Assembly: GCA_041500405.1 (NCBI GenBank)
Contig: JBGQMB010000011.1
Span: 1-27,083, forward strand
Source of the DNA: Candidatus Micrarchaeia archaeon
GTDB taxonomy: Archaea > Micrarchaeota > Micrarchaeia > Anstonellales > J096
Length of the DNA: 27,083 bases
Direction: 5' to 3'
Under the pieces are notes generated by a model. The model searched no databases. It worked only from the letters and a program-made list of their open reading frames with translations, and was not told where the DNA came from. Shown in pieces: positions 7,982 to 15,910 of this stretch. Made by a program: the position numbers and the translations under genes. Each line of letters opens with the position of its first letter. Position 1 is the stretch's first letter.

Positions 7982-8055
7982 AGCCCCGAGTGGAGTTTGA
8001 ATCCACGGCCTTTCGATTACCAATCGAACGCTCTACCAGGCTGAGCTATCGGGGC
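7982..8055 (-). tRNA. tRNA-Thr(GGT)
   Basis: Reverse complement GCCCCGATAGCTCAGCCTGGTAGAGCG-TTCGA-TTGGTAA-TCGAA-AGGCC-GTGGA-TTCAAAC-TCCAC-TCGGGGC-T folds as a cloverleaf; no intron; CCA not encoded. Confidence 0.95.
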
Positions 8056-8112
8056 CTAAGCCGATGCTTTTCCAATTTGCTGCAAAAGACTTTTAAATGT
8101 GCCAATGCTTGC

Positions 8113-8568
8113 TCAGTCTTGCCCCACTGTTACCAAATCAAGTATCCCTCTTTCAGGATTATAATATACATAGACTGCGAACTGGCGGTTTACATGGCTG
8201 AACTTCTCCTGTTCAGCGTCAAAATTACAGCCTTCTGCATCCTTATACATCCTTTTCAACCTTCCTACAGTCGTTTTCACAGTCACGCTTTCCCATTCAG
8301 GATGCTGGAAATCAAAATCCTTAATCCTTTGGCTCCTGAGATAGGTGACAATCGCGGAATCCTCCAACGACTGGTCATGCGCGTCAAGAAGGATGCCCCC
8401 TATCTTCTTTGACTCTATGTCGCCATTTGGCCATTCAAGGATATCATCGCTTTCAATGGCAACAACGCGCTTGGATTTGGGCCTGCTTGCCAAAACGTCC
8501 TTTGAAGCAAAAGGTTTTACTGCATTTTTGGGCTCGCCCTTATTGAGTGTCGCAAGCTTTTCGTTCAT
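8113..8568 (-). CDS. Hypothetical protein
   Basis: 151-aa ORF coupled to the upstream Nudix-like gene by an ATGA overlap with GGAGG SD; no recognisable family. Confidence 0.65.
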   Translation of the reverse strand: MNEKLATLNKGEPKNAVKPFASKDVLASRPKSKRVVAIESDDILEWPNGDIESKKIGGILLDAHDQSLEDSAIVTYLRSQRIKDFDFQHPEWESVTVKTTVGRLKRMYKDAEGCNFDAEQEKFSHVNRQFAVYVYYNPERGILDLVTVGQD

Positions 8569-9218
8569 AGCTTTCCCTCCTTAACCTGCTGAACCTTATT
8601 TATTGTTCTATCCAATGAATTTTCAAGGTAATCAAGTCTGCTAAATTTTGTAATATCATACCTATCAACCCATAGGTATTCAGAATATTTTCCATTCTGT
8701 CTGAATTGCACATCTCGAAATGAAGTTTCCATAAGGAATGGGTAATAGTGCCACCATATTTTACTTTCCAAATCAAGCCAAATATAGTTGGTATATGACT
8801 GAAGTATTTCTCCATCGAGTCCAATATGATGTTTTACCGCCTCAACAGCATTCTGTTCAGAAGACTTTCCTGTGTAAGGATGTCTTGTTACAAAATCCCA
8901 ATCCCCAGGGCAATAGTCATAATCTTTTCTGAATTTCAAGACAAGATACTTACCTTTATTTCTACAAATGATGAGAGTCATATCTTGAACAGAATAATCG
9001 AGAACGTTTTCAGGCAAACGAATGCTTTGTTGTCTGTGTAATTCATTTACAAATTCATGTTTAAGTTTATCTTCTTCAGATTTTGTTAATTGTGTGCCTA
9101 TTATTTCCCTAACCTTAGTAATAACTTCTTCGGATAGCTTTTTCTTTTTTCTCAGAAAGGCATCTAATTTTCCGGGCTTGCTTGCATTGATTATGGACGC
9201 CTTCTGTAACTCAGACAT
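8565..9218 (-). CDS. Nudix-fold protein with a degenerate Nudix box
   Basis: GKYLVLK.R....CPGDWDFVTRHPYTGKSSEQNAVEAVKHHIG...YPFL...EYLWVD follows Nudix topology, but REUXEE is replaced by EAVKHH. AT-rich; TATA box about 25 bp upstream. Confidence 0.6.
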   Translation of the reverse strand: MSELQKASIINASKPGKLDAFLRKKKKLSEEVITKVREIIGTQLTKSEEDKLKHEFVNELHRQQSIRLPENVLDYSVQDMTLIICRNKGKYLVLKFRKDYDYCPGDWDFVTRHPYTGKSSEQNAVEAVKHHIGLDGEILQSYTNYIWLDLESKIWWHYYPFLMETSFRDVQFRQNGKYSEYLWVDRYDITKFSRLDYLENSLDRTINKVQQVKEGKL

Positions 9219-9244
9219 GGTTATAATTTGTGTTGGAAGGGGTT

Positions 9245-9724
9245 TTAAACACCGGCTATCCGGCCCTTTATCCCGTCCAATGCCTCCTTAATCCTCTGCC
9301 AGTGCGAGCCATGCCAGTAAACCTTGTTGCATGAGGAACATGCCAGGAAATCGTCGAACTTGTCAAGGATCGCGTCAGGGGCCTTGCCGCGGACCTCCTC
9401 CTTTGAGGCCTTTTTCAGCTCGCCGTTGCACGACGTGCAGATTGTCTCCGGAAAAATATCCTTGACCCCAGCTCCGGAAAGCGCCTTGATGAGTTTTTCC
9501 TCGTGCTTGTCCCAGACAGGAAGAAGTATCGATTTGGCGCCGTCCTTTGCGCAGCGCAAAGCCAGCTCCTTGTCTGACGTCAATACAATTGAGCCTGATT
9601 TGAGCGCCTCTGCTATTATCTCGCTGTCAGAGCCCCATTTCTTATAGACTGCAACGAAGCCGCACAGCCTGAGCCAGACTGCGACGTCGTTGAGCATCTC
9701 GTCGACAACAAAGGCTGGTTTCAT
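9245..9724 (-). CDS. Mut7-C family PIN-fold RNase domain protein with zinc ribbon
   Basis: FVVDEML...AVWLRLCGF, SDSEII, VLTSDKEL, CTSCNGEL, CSSCNKVYWHGSHW. Confidence 0.88.
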   Translation of the reverse strand: MKPAFVVDEMLNDVAVWLRLCGFVAVYKKWGSDSEIIAEALKSGSIVLTSDKELALRCAKDGAKSILLPVWDKHEEKLIKALSGAGVKDIFPETICTSCNGELKKASKEEVRGKAPDAILDKFDDFLACSSCNKVYWHGSHWQRIKEALDGIKGRIAGV

Positions 9725-9733
9725 GAGCGAAAA

Positions 9734-10042
9734 TCAGTTCGGGAGGTTTATCTTCACGTATACGTTCTCCGGCACCTTTATCCTGAGTATCTGGCGGATT
9801 GACTTTTCGTCGCCCTCTATCTCGATTATCCTCTTGGATATCCTCTTGTGCCAGTGCTCGTATGTGTCGCTGCCGTCCCCGCAAGGGGTCCTCCTGCACG
9901 TCACTGAGAGCTTCTTTGTGGGAAGTGGTATTGGTCCCTTCACCTTCATGCCCAGGGCCGTGGAAATCGTCCTAAGCTGGTTCACGACATAGTCTATGCT
10001 CTCCGCCTTGTCGGATTCCAGGTTTATTCTTGCCTTGGACAT
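9734..10042 (-). CDS. rpsJ: 30S ribosomal protein uS10
   Basis: KARINL, VKGPIPLPTKKL, RRTPCGDGSDTYEHW..RISKRIIEI. Confidence 0.97.
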   Translation of the reverse strand: MSKARINLESDKAESIDYVVNQLRTISTALGMKVKGPIPLPTKKLSVTCRRTPCGDGSDTYEHWHKRISKRIIEIEGDEKSIRQILRIKVPENVYVKINLPN

Positions 10043-10074
10043 TCAAACACCATGTATAAATTAAAAAAGAAGGC

Positions 10075-11343
10075 TTACATTGCCTTCTTCTTGACATCCA
10101 GCACTACGCCGGCCGCGACGGTCATGTTCATGTCCCTTATCGCGAACCTTCCAAGCGCCGGGAAGTCGCCGTACTTCTCTATCACTGTCGGCTTCAGGAC
10201 CTTTACCCTGATGACCGCAGACTCTCCTGTCTTTACGAAGTCGGCCTTTCCGGTCGATTGTCCGGTCTTCGGGTCCTTCTTGTCAATGATTTCAAGAATC
10301 TTGCCCGGGAAATGCGTCTCGTGTATGTGGAAAACAGGCGTGTATCCAACCGGCATTGCGGTCGGGTGGCTTATGACCACTATCTGCGCCGTGAACTCGT
10401 CCGCGACTGTCGGCGGGTTGTCCACCGGCCCTGCGACGTCGCCCCTCTTGATGTCTCCCTTCTCTATGCCCTTGAGGTTGAACCCGATGTTGTCTCCGGG
10501 CCCGGCTTCCTGGATTTCCTGGTGGTGCATCTCTATCTTTTTCACTTCACCGATTTTGTTGCTGGGCATTATGACCAGCTTCATGCCGAGCTTCATGACT
10601 CCAGAGTCGACCTTTCCTACAGGCACTGCGCCGTATCCGGTTATGGTATAAACATCCTGGATAGGCACCCTGAGCGGCTTGTTTGTCGGCTTTGCCGGAA
10701 CGGTAAGCTCGTCGAGCTGCTCGAACAGCGTCTTTCCCGTGTACCACGGCATGTTTTTGCTCTTGTTCTTCAGGTTGTCCCCGTTGTATGCTGAAGTCGG
10801 GATGAACGCGACCTTTGCCGGGTCGTATCCGATGCCCTTAAGCAGCGCTGAAACCTCGACCTTCATCTTGTTGTAAGCGTCCTGCGAGTAGTTCACAGCG
10901 TCCATCTTTGACAGAAGGACGATGAACTGGCTGATTCCAAGCACCTTTGCAAGGAACGTGTGCTCCTTTGTCTGCGGCTGTATGCCGTCCTTCGTCGAAA
11001 TGAGAAGCACGGCCGCATCTGCCTGCGACGCCCCGCTGATCATGTTTTTGATGAAGTCCCTGTGCCCCGGAGCGTCGATGACCGTGAAGTAATACTTCGC
11101 CGTCTCGAAGTCCTGGTGGGATATTTCAATTGTAACTCCCCTTTCCCTTTCCTCCTTAAGGGAGTCCATGACGAAAGCGAACTCAAAGGTCGCCTTTCCG
11201 AGCTTGTCGGCCTCTTCCTTTAGCTTCTTTATCGCCTGCTCAGAGACCTTCCCTGTATCATAAAGGATCCTTCCCACTGTCGTCGACTTTCCTGCGTCGA
11301 CGTGCCCTATAAAGACTACGTTCAAGTGTTCTTTTTTTGCCAT
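10075..11343 (-). CDS. tuf: Translation elongation factor EF-1 alpha
   Basis: GHVDAGKST, ERERGVTI, DAPGHRDFIKNMISGASQAD, SKMD, LGRFAIRDM. Start MAKKEH at 11343 after a GAGGTG SD. Confidence 0.98.
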   Translation of the reverse strand: MAKKEHLNVVFIGHVDAGKSTTVGRILYDTGKVSEQAIKKLKEEADKLGKATFEFAFVMDSLKEERERGVTIEISHQDFETAKYYFTVIDAPGHRDFIKNMISGASQADAAVLLISTKDGIQPQTKEHTFLAKVLGISQFIVLLSKMDAVNYSQDAYNKMKVEVSALLKGIGYDPAKVAFIPTSAYNGDNLKNKSKNMPWYTGKTLFEQLDELTVPAKPTNKPLRVPIQDVYTITGYGAVPVGKVDSGVMKLGMKLVIMPSNKIGEVKKIEMHHQEIQEAGPGDNIGFNLKGIEKGDIKRGDVAGPVDNPPTVADEFTAQIVVISHPTAMPVGYTPVFHIHETHFPGKILEIIDKKDPKTGQSTGKADFVKTGESAVIRVKVLKPTVIEKYGDFPALGRFAIRDMNMTVAAGVVLDVKKKAM

Positions 11344-11403
11344 ATGTAGCACCTCATAATCGTTTTTAACAAAGGCTTTTGATGATAAAGGTTTTTAAAG
11401 CCT

Positions 11404-12048
11404 TTACTCCTCCGCCTCTTCCTCCCCCAGCTCGAGCCTCTCAAACATCGAAATAGGCACCTTGAAGTCGTCGTAGGACTTTGCCTTTCCGGATTTGACC
11501 GAAAGCTCCCTCGCGAGCACCCAGAAAAAGAGCGCAAGGCTCTTCCTCCCCTTGTTGTTCATCGGAACAGGCACTGTTATGCCCTGGAGCACGTTGTCAG
11601 TGTCCACCAATCCGATTACAGTTATGCCCATTGCGTTTGCTTCCTTCACGGCCTGCCTTTCAGCCCTTGGGTCTGTCACCACAACTATCCTCGGCTCCAT
11701 GAAATGGCTGGATTTCACGTTGGTCAGCGTTCCGGGTATGAAACGTTTTTCTATGACGCTGATGTCCCCAAGAAGGGACTTCAGCTTGTTGGCCGCGTTC
11801 GCCGTGTACACCCTCGTTGCCACGACAAGCACGTCCTTGGGCTCGAAATCCTTTATGGTTTTCATGGCCGCCCTTATGCCGGCGTCTATCTTCTGGACGT
11901 CTATTATGAAAATACCGTCCTTCCTCTTCTTGAACACGAAGCGTTTCGCGTCCCCGGTCCTCAGCTTGGTCCCGATATGTATTCCGGACTCCAGGTATGT
12001 GTCGCTGGAAACCAGCAGGTTTGCGTTTTGTTCCTTTTCCCCTTCCAT
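11404..12048 (-). CDS. rpsB: 30S ribosomal protein uS2
   Basis: YLESGIHIGTK, RFIPGTLTN, VVTDPRAERQAVKEA, VDTDN, PMNNKGRKSLAL. Start at ATG 12048 after a GGTGA SD. Confidence 0.97.
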   Translation of the reverse strand: MEGEKEQNANLLVSSDTYLESGIHIGTKLRTGDAKRFVFKKRKDGIFIIDVQKIDAGIRAAMKTIKDFEPKDVLVVATRVYTANAANKLKSLLGDISVIEKRFIPGTLTNVKSSHFMEPRIVVVTDPRAERQAVKEANAMGITVIGLVDTDNVLQGITVPVPMNNKGRKSLALFFWVLARELSVKSGKAKSYDDFKVPISMFERLELGEEEAEE

Positions 12049-12070
12049 TCCAATCACCATTAACTTCAAA

Positions 12071-12144
12071 TGGGGCCGCCGAGATTTGAACTCGGATCAC
12101 GAGCACCCCAAGCTCGCAGGCTAACCAGGTTACCCCACGGCCCC
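12071..12144 (-). tRNA. tRNA-Pro(GGG)
   Basis: Reverse complement GGGGCCG-TGGGGTAACCTGGTTAGCCTG-CGAGC-TTGGGGT-GCTCG-TGAT-CCGAG-TTCAAAT-CTCGG-CGGCCCC-A; sits after rpoN as in many archaea. Confidence 0.95.
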
Positions 12145-12151
12145 GCGCGCA

Positions 12152-12349
12152 TCAGTTCCTCCTGAACTGCACGGCCTCCTTGGCCACGTCTGTGTAGCTG
12201 AGGAACATTCTCCTGCAGCAGGCCCTGTCCATGCCAAGGGAATTCAGGACCTTCTTCGGGTCCTCCCCCGCATCGGTCTTGTCCTTGTATGCCTTGTAGT
12301 CCTGGCCTATGACCTTTCCGCACGTAAAGCACCTGACGGGAAATTCCAT
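12152..12349 (-). CDS. rpoN: DNA-directed RNA polymerase subunit N (Rpo10)
   Basis: PVRCFTCGKVIG...LG..R.CCRRMFLS. Confidence 0.97.
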   Translation of the reverse strand: MEFPVRCFTCGKVIGQDYKAYKDKTDAGEDPKKVLNSLGMDRACCRRMFLSYTDVAKEAVQFRRN

Positions 12350-12353
12350 GACA

Positions 12354-12854
12354 TCACCTGTATGATTTCTGGTATCTTGCCCTTGCCTTGGGCCCCCTGC
12401 ACTTCTTCTGCTCCACCCTTCTGGTGTCGCTCACTATCATTGCCCTTCCGCCGTGCTCGACAAGCGCCCTTTCCAGCGATTCGTCGCTGAAATGCTCGAC
12501 AAGCCCGCTTCCGAGCGCGGTCCTCAATGCCTGGACCTGGCCGGATGCGCCGCCTCCGCGGACATCGGCGTCTATGTCCAGCTTTTCTATCCTGGGCCCC
12601 GCTATTGCGAGGACCTCCTGTATCATCTGCTTGTGGTATTTGTTCGGCAACGTTGCCAGCAGCATGCCATTGACCCTTATGTGGCCCTTGCCGTCCTTTA
12701 TGAAGACCCTTGCTATCGCCCTTTTCCTTTTTCCGCTTGACATGGTTATTTTTTCCCTTTTTGCCTTCCTTGCCTTGGGCGCGATGTGGACCTTCTTCGG
12801 CTCGTCCTTTGCCTCTTCCTCCTTTTTCGGCTTCTTTTCCTTTTTTGCTGCCAT
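12354..12854 (-). CDS. rpsI: 30S ribosomal protein uS9 with a Lys/Glu-rich N-terminal extension
   Basis: SGKRKRAIAR, VRGGG.SGQ, SDTRRVEQKK..GPKARARYQKSYR. Start at 12854 or 12860. Confidence 0.96.
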   Translation of the reverse strand: MAAKKEKKPKKEEEAKDEPKKVHIAPKARKAKREKITMSSGKRKRAIARVFIKDGKGHIRVNGMLLATLPNKYHKQMIQEVLAIAGPRIEKLDIDADVRGGGASGQVQALRTALGSGLVEHFSDESLERALVEHGGRAMIVSDTRRVEQKKCRGPKARARYQKSYR

Positions 12855-12859
12855 GAGCA

Positions 12860-13273
12860 TCACTGCCTCCATCCGAGCTGCTTGCAAAGGTCGCCAATCA
12901 CCATGTATTTCACAAGGTTCCTCGGCTTTGCCTTTTCCATGCCCTCGAAGTCCTTTATTGCCTCTGGGTTGCCTATGAAAACCCTAAGCCTCCTGAACGC
13001 ATCCTTGCCCCTTGTTGTTTTCCATGGGAGCATGCCCCTTATGAGCCTTCTCACAAAAAGGCTCGGCACGTTCGGGAACTTCGGGCTCTTCTCCGGGTTC
13101 TGCTTGTTCTGCATGTTCCTCTTTGTCACGTAATCCTCTATGAGCGCGCTCTTCCTACCTGTTATGATTGCCTTTTCGGCGTTTACCACAATGACGTTTT
13201 CGCCGTCCAGGATTTTCTTGGCAACAACGCTTGCCATCCTTCCGACGATAAGGCCTTCTGCGTTTATGTTCAT
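12860..13273 (-). CDS. rplM: 50S ribosomal protein uL13
   Basis: INAEGLIVGRMASVVAK, VVNAEKAIITG, RRLIRGMLPWKTTRGKDAFRRLRVFIGNP; GAGGTG SD. Confidence 0.96.
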   Translation of the reverse strand: MNINAEGLIVGRMASVVAKKILDGENVIVVNAEKAIITGRKSALIEDYVTKRNMQNKQNPEKSPKFPNVPSLFVRRLIRGMLPWKTTRGKDAFRRLRVFIGNPEAIKDFEGMEKAKPRNLVKYMVIGDLCKQLGWRQ

Positions 13274-13283
13274 GTTGCGCACC

Positions 13284-13634
13284 TCAGCTTATTATGATCA
13301 TGTCCTTGACCTTGTCCTTGCTGGACTCGTAAAGCTCCCCTATCGAAATCGCCTTCCCGCCTGCGCTTGATATGCTGTCCGATGCGGACCTGCTGAACCT
13401 GTATGCCGCGACAACGACCGGCTTGTCAAGGTCTCCCGCCCCAAGGACCTTTCCTGGCACTATTACCGTTATCCCTTCCTTGGCGTACCTTGCTATCTTG
13501 GAGACGTTGACCTCAATCTTCGCCCTTCTTGGCTTGTTGAGGAGCTCGCTCACCCTTTTCCAGATGGCCTTCTTGTCGCTTTTCAGCTTTACTATCAGTT
13601 CCGTGAGATTTTTGTCTTCAGGGTTTGGCTTCAT
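13284..13634 (-). CDS. rpl18e: 50S ribosomal protein eL18
   Basis: IWKRVSELLNKPRR...EVNVSKI, VIVPGKVLGAG, VVAAYRFS..A...I..AGGKA. Confidence 0.96.
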   Translation of the reverse strand: MKPNPEDKNLTELIVKLKSDKKAIWKRVSELLNKPRRAKIEVNVSKIARYAKEGITVIVPGKVLGAGDLDKPVVVAAYRFSRSASDSISSAGGKAISIGELYESSKDKVKDMIIIS

Positions 13635-13714
13635 CTTTGCACCTTCGCCTTTCGGCTCGCCCCGTGTTAAGGGACTCTAAATCCTACACGTTAGTTTTCA
13701 GAAGAGTTTTTAAA
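13635..13714 (-). promoter_or_regulatory. Promoter and structured 5' leader of the eL18-uL13-uS9-rpoN operon
   Basis: TTTAAAAA box at 13707-13714; hairpin 13663-13690; GCC-GAAA-GGC hairpin 13647-13656; AAGGTG SD. Confidence 0.5.
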
Positions 13715-13791
13715 GATTGGTGTTTTGCAGGCGTCGCGCTCAGCATCATTTCCGTCATTGTACTTGAGCTTGCAGGGGAATAGGGCAAACG

Positions 13792-15150
13792 TCAAGGCTT
13801 CAAAAGTTTTCTGAGCTCCGGCATTTTGGTCATCTCATATGGCAGAAAACCCTTCGTTCCCTCCTGCGGCAGATACCCTACGGTTTTGCTCGCCCCCATT
13901 TTTACCAGGAATTTACAAAGCCCAAGGCAGTTGATAGACGCAGCGTGGTGAAGCGGGGTATAGCCGTAACTACATTTCAGATTCAATTTAGCCCCCATCC
14001 TTATCAGGCGTTTGCAGATTTTTATAACATCCTGCTCATGGCGGGGAGGGGTATAATGATGCGCCGGGGTTTTCGCCTGTTGATTAGGGTCGTCCCACCA
14101 AGTATCATTAGACCAAGCACACTTTTCAGCGTTATACTCTAACAATGTTATCGCCCATTCAAGGGGGGTCTGGCCATGGATATCGGCGTTTACGTCTATC
14201 TTTTTCCTTTTTGCCAGGAAGTTAAGGTTTTCAATTATGTTACCTCTCCTATCAAGCTGTTCCAGAAGGAGACTGAATACTTCAACCCTGCCCCAGTATC
14301 CGGCTGTTTCGAGCATGTCGATGTCCACATGCGCCCCGTTTTCAATCAGGAGTTTGCAGATTTCAGCGCTTCCGGACCTTATTGCTCCGCCTAATGGAGG
14401 AATACCGCCACAATAATGATTTTTTGCGTTCACGTTCGCTCCGGCCGCTATCAGAAGCCTGCACATTCCAAGGTGGCCTTTTTCCGTGGCAACCATGAGC
14501 GGGGTGGTGCCGCCGTCGCTGGCTGCGTCCACTTTTGCTCCGGCTGCCATCAGAAGGTTGCATATCCCTTCATAGCAGTATGCGTTTTCTGGAATTTCCC
14601 TGGAGCCGGAACAGTCATCAAAACTATACGGACCCAGAGGATTATACATCCGCCAGTGGCCTGGGCCATCGTCAGACGCCAGCGACTCGTCCCAATTTGC
14701 CCAGTTGGCTGGCTTATACCTAGCCACCACGTGAAGCGGCGTCTCGCCATACTCAGCCGTCGCGTGCACGTTAGCGCCTTTTTCCAACCAGGACTTGGCC
14801 TGCAGAAGATTGCCGTTTTCCACAGAGGCAAAAAGTTGGGCATCCAGCCGGTTCTGCTCTTTTGCAGATCTTACGGATTTGGGGTGGGTTTTAACCTGCA
14901 CAGACCCTGTATCAGTAGATTGATTTGCAGAGCCGCCTGAACTGTAGTAGGGGCCTGCATAGGCTGAACCCGCAAGCATGGCCCAAACCAGTGCATGCGC
15001 TGCAAATGTTCTTATGATGTTGCAATGGCTTCTTGCTGCAGTATTGCTCCTCGGAATTTCAGCATCAAAAAGCGGCGTTATGTTTTTCTTTGAAAAGGCA
15101 GTCTGGCCTGGAAGGTTCCGTACCCTGGTTTCATGATACTTTTGTATCAT
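13792..15150 (-). CDS. Ankyrin repeat protein with an internal signal-like hydrophobic segment
   Basis: YGETPLHVVA, GGTTPLMVATEKGHLGMCRLLIAAGANVN, HGQTPLEWA, YGYTPLHHAA; segment FAAHALVWAMLAGSAYA-G. Start at ATG 15150, about 25 bp from a GTTTAAAC box. Confidence 0.88.
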   Translation of the reverse strand: MIQKYHETRVRNLPGQTAFSKKNITPLFDAEIPRSNTAARSHCNIIRTFAAHALVWAMLAGSAYAGPYYSSGGSANQSTDTGSVQVKTHPKSVRSAKEQNRLDAQLFASVENGNLLQAKSWLEKGANVHATAEYGETPLHVVARYKPANWANWDESLASDDGPGHWRMYNPLGPYSFDDCSGSREIPENAYCYEGICNLLMAAGAKVDAASDGGTTPLMVATEKGHLGMCRLLIAAGANVNAKNHYCGGIPPLGGAIRSGSAEICKLLIENGAHVDIDMLETAGYWGRVEVFSLLLEQLDRRGNIIENLNFLAKRKKIDVNADIHGQTPLEWAITLLEYNAEKCAWSNDTWWDDPNQQAKTPAHHYTPPRHEQDVIKICKRLIRMGAKLNLKCSYGYTPLHHAASINCLGLCKFLVKMGASKTVGYLPQEGTKGFLPYEMTKMPELRKLLKP

Positions 15151-15211
15151 ATTATGGCTATATATGGAAAGCTGTTTAAACATTGCGTTTTGCTTTTTAA
15201 AGCCGGTTTTG

Positions 15212-15817
15212 TCATCGCCTGGTTTCGTCGGAGGCCTCGCGCCCCAGGACGTCCGCGGCATCCTTGTACTCGTTTTTCTCTGCCCACATCAGCGCGGTCA
15301 TTCCCCTTGAATCCGCAAGCGTAACGTCCGCCCCTTTCTCAATCAGGTATATGCAGATGGTGTCGTAGCCGTTCCTTGCGGCCCACATCAGCGCGGTCAT
15401 CCCGGACCTGCTCCTTGCATTGATGTTGGCGCCGCCCTCGAAGATAAGCATGCAGTTGAAGGTGTGGCCTTTATGCGAGGCCCACATCAGCTCTGTCATG
15501 CCGTATGCGTCCGTTGCATTCACGTCAGCGCCCTTCTGTATCAGCAGCTCGCATATGTCCGTTGCATGTTTGCCCTCAACCGTGTTTATGAGCATCAGCG
15601 GCGTCCTGCCCTTATCGTCCCTTGCGTTGACGTCAGCGCCTTTTTTGAGCAGGTGCTTGGTTTTCCGCAGGTTGCCGTCTAGCACCGCCTCAATCAGCCT
15701 GCTGTTCAGCCGGTTGAACTTCCTCAGCCTTTTCTCGTCCGCAGGCGCTATTTTTGAAAACGCGTTTTGCGCTGGAGCGGCCTTAGCAGCCTTGGAGGGC
15801 CATAATGCCAAATGCAT
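15212..15817 (-). CDS. Ankyrin repeat protein
   Basis: GADVNARDDKGRTPLM, GADVNATDAYGMTELMWA, GANINARSRSGMTALMWAA, GADVTLADSRGMTALMWA. Confidence 0.93.
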   Translation of the reverse strand: MHLALWPSKAAKAAPAQNAFSKIAPADEKRLRKFNRLNSRLIEAVLDGNLRKTKHLLKKGADVNARDDKGRTPLMLINTVEGKHATDICELLIQKGADVNATDAYGMTELMWASHKGHTFNCMLIFEGGANINARSRSGMTALMWAARNGYDTICIYLIEKGADVTLADSRGMTALMWAEKNEYKDAADVLGREASDETRR

Positions 15818-15910
15818 GCGTTTGGTATTCTTAAAAGGTGTTAAAAAGGCGTTGGAAATGGCATTTAAATAAGCCCAATCTTTTTAACCCGGACGCCGCA
15901 ATAACCGGCT

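Noticed and set aside
7990..8412. 140-aa plus-strand ORF
   Set aside because: Overlaps tRNA-Thr and the antisense 8113-8568 gene; shadow ORF.
7260..9218. Similar GKIATLLRK and GKLDAFLRK segments near the N-termini of two proteins flanking tRNA-Thr
   Set aside because: Short, built from common residues and seen only twice; cannot be told from chance by eye.
7260..9245. Full integrative element or provirus at tRNA-Thr
   Set aside because: No integrase or viral genes. The att-like repeats enclose only 120 bp, and the low-GC genes lie on the 5' side of the tRNA, outside the repeats.
10052..13680. Long antisense or alternative-frame ORFs over tuf, uS2, uS9 and uL13
   Set aside because: Typical shadows of codon-biased genes; no motifs or independent expression signals.
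13635..13700. tRNA-Leu or a tRNA remnant upstream of eL18, as found in many archaea
   Set aside because: No T-loop (TTCRAA) or cloverleaf; treated as an mRNA leader instead.
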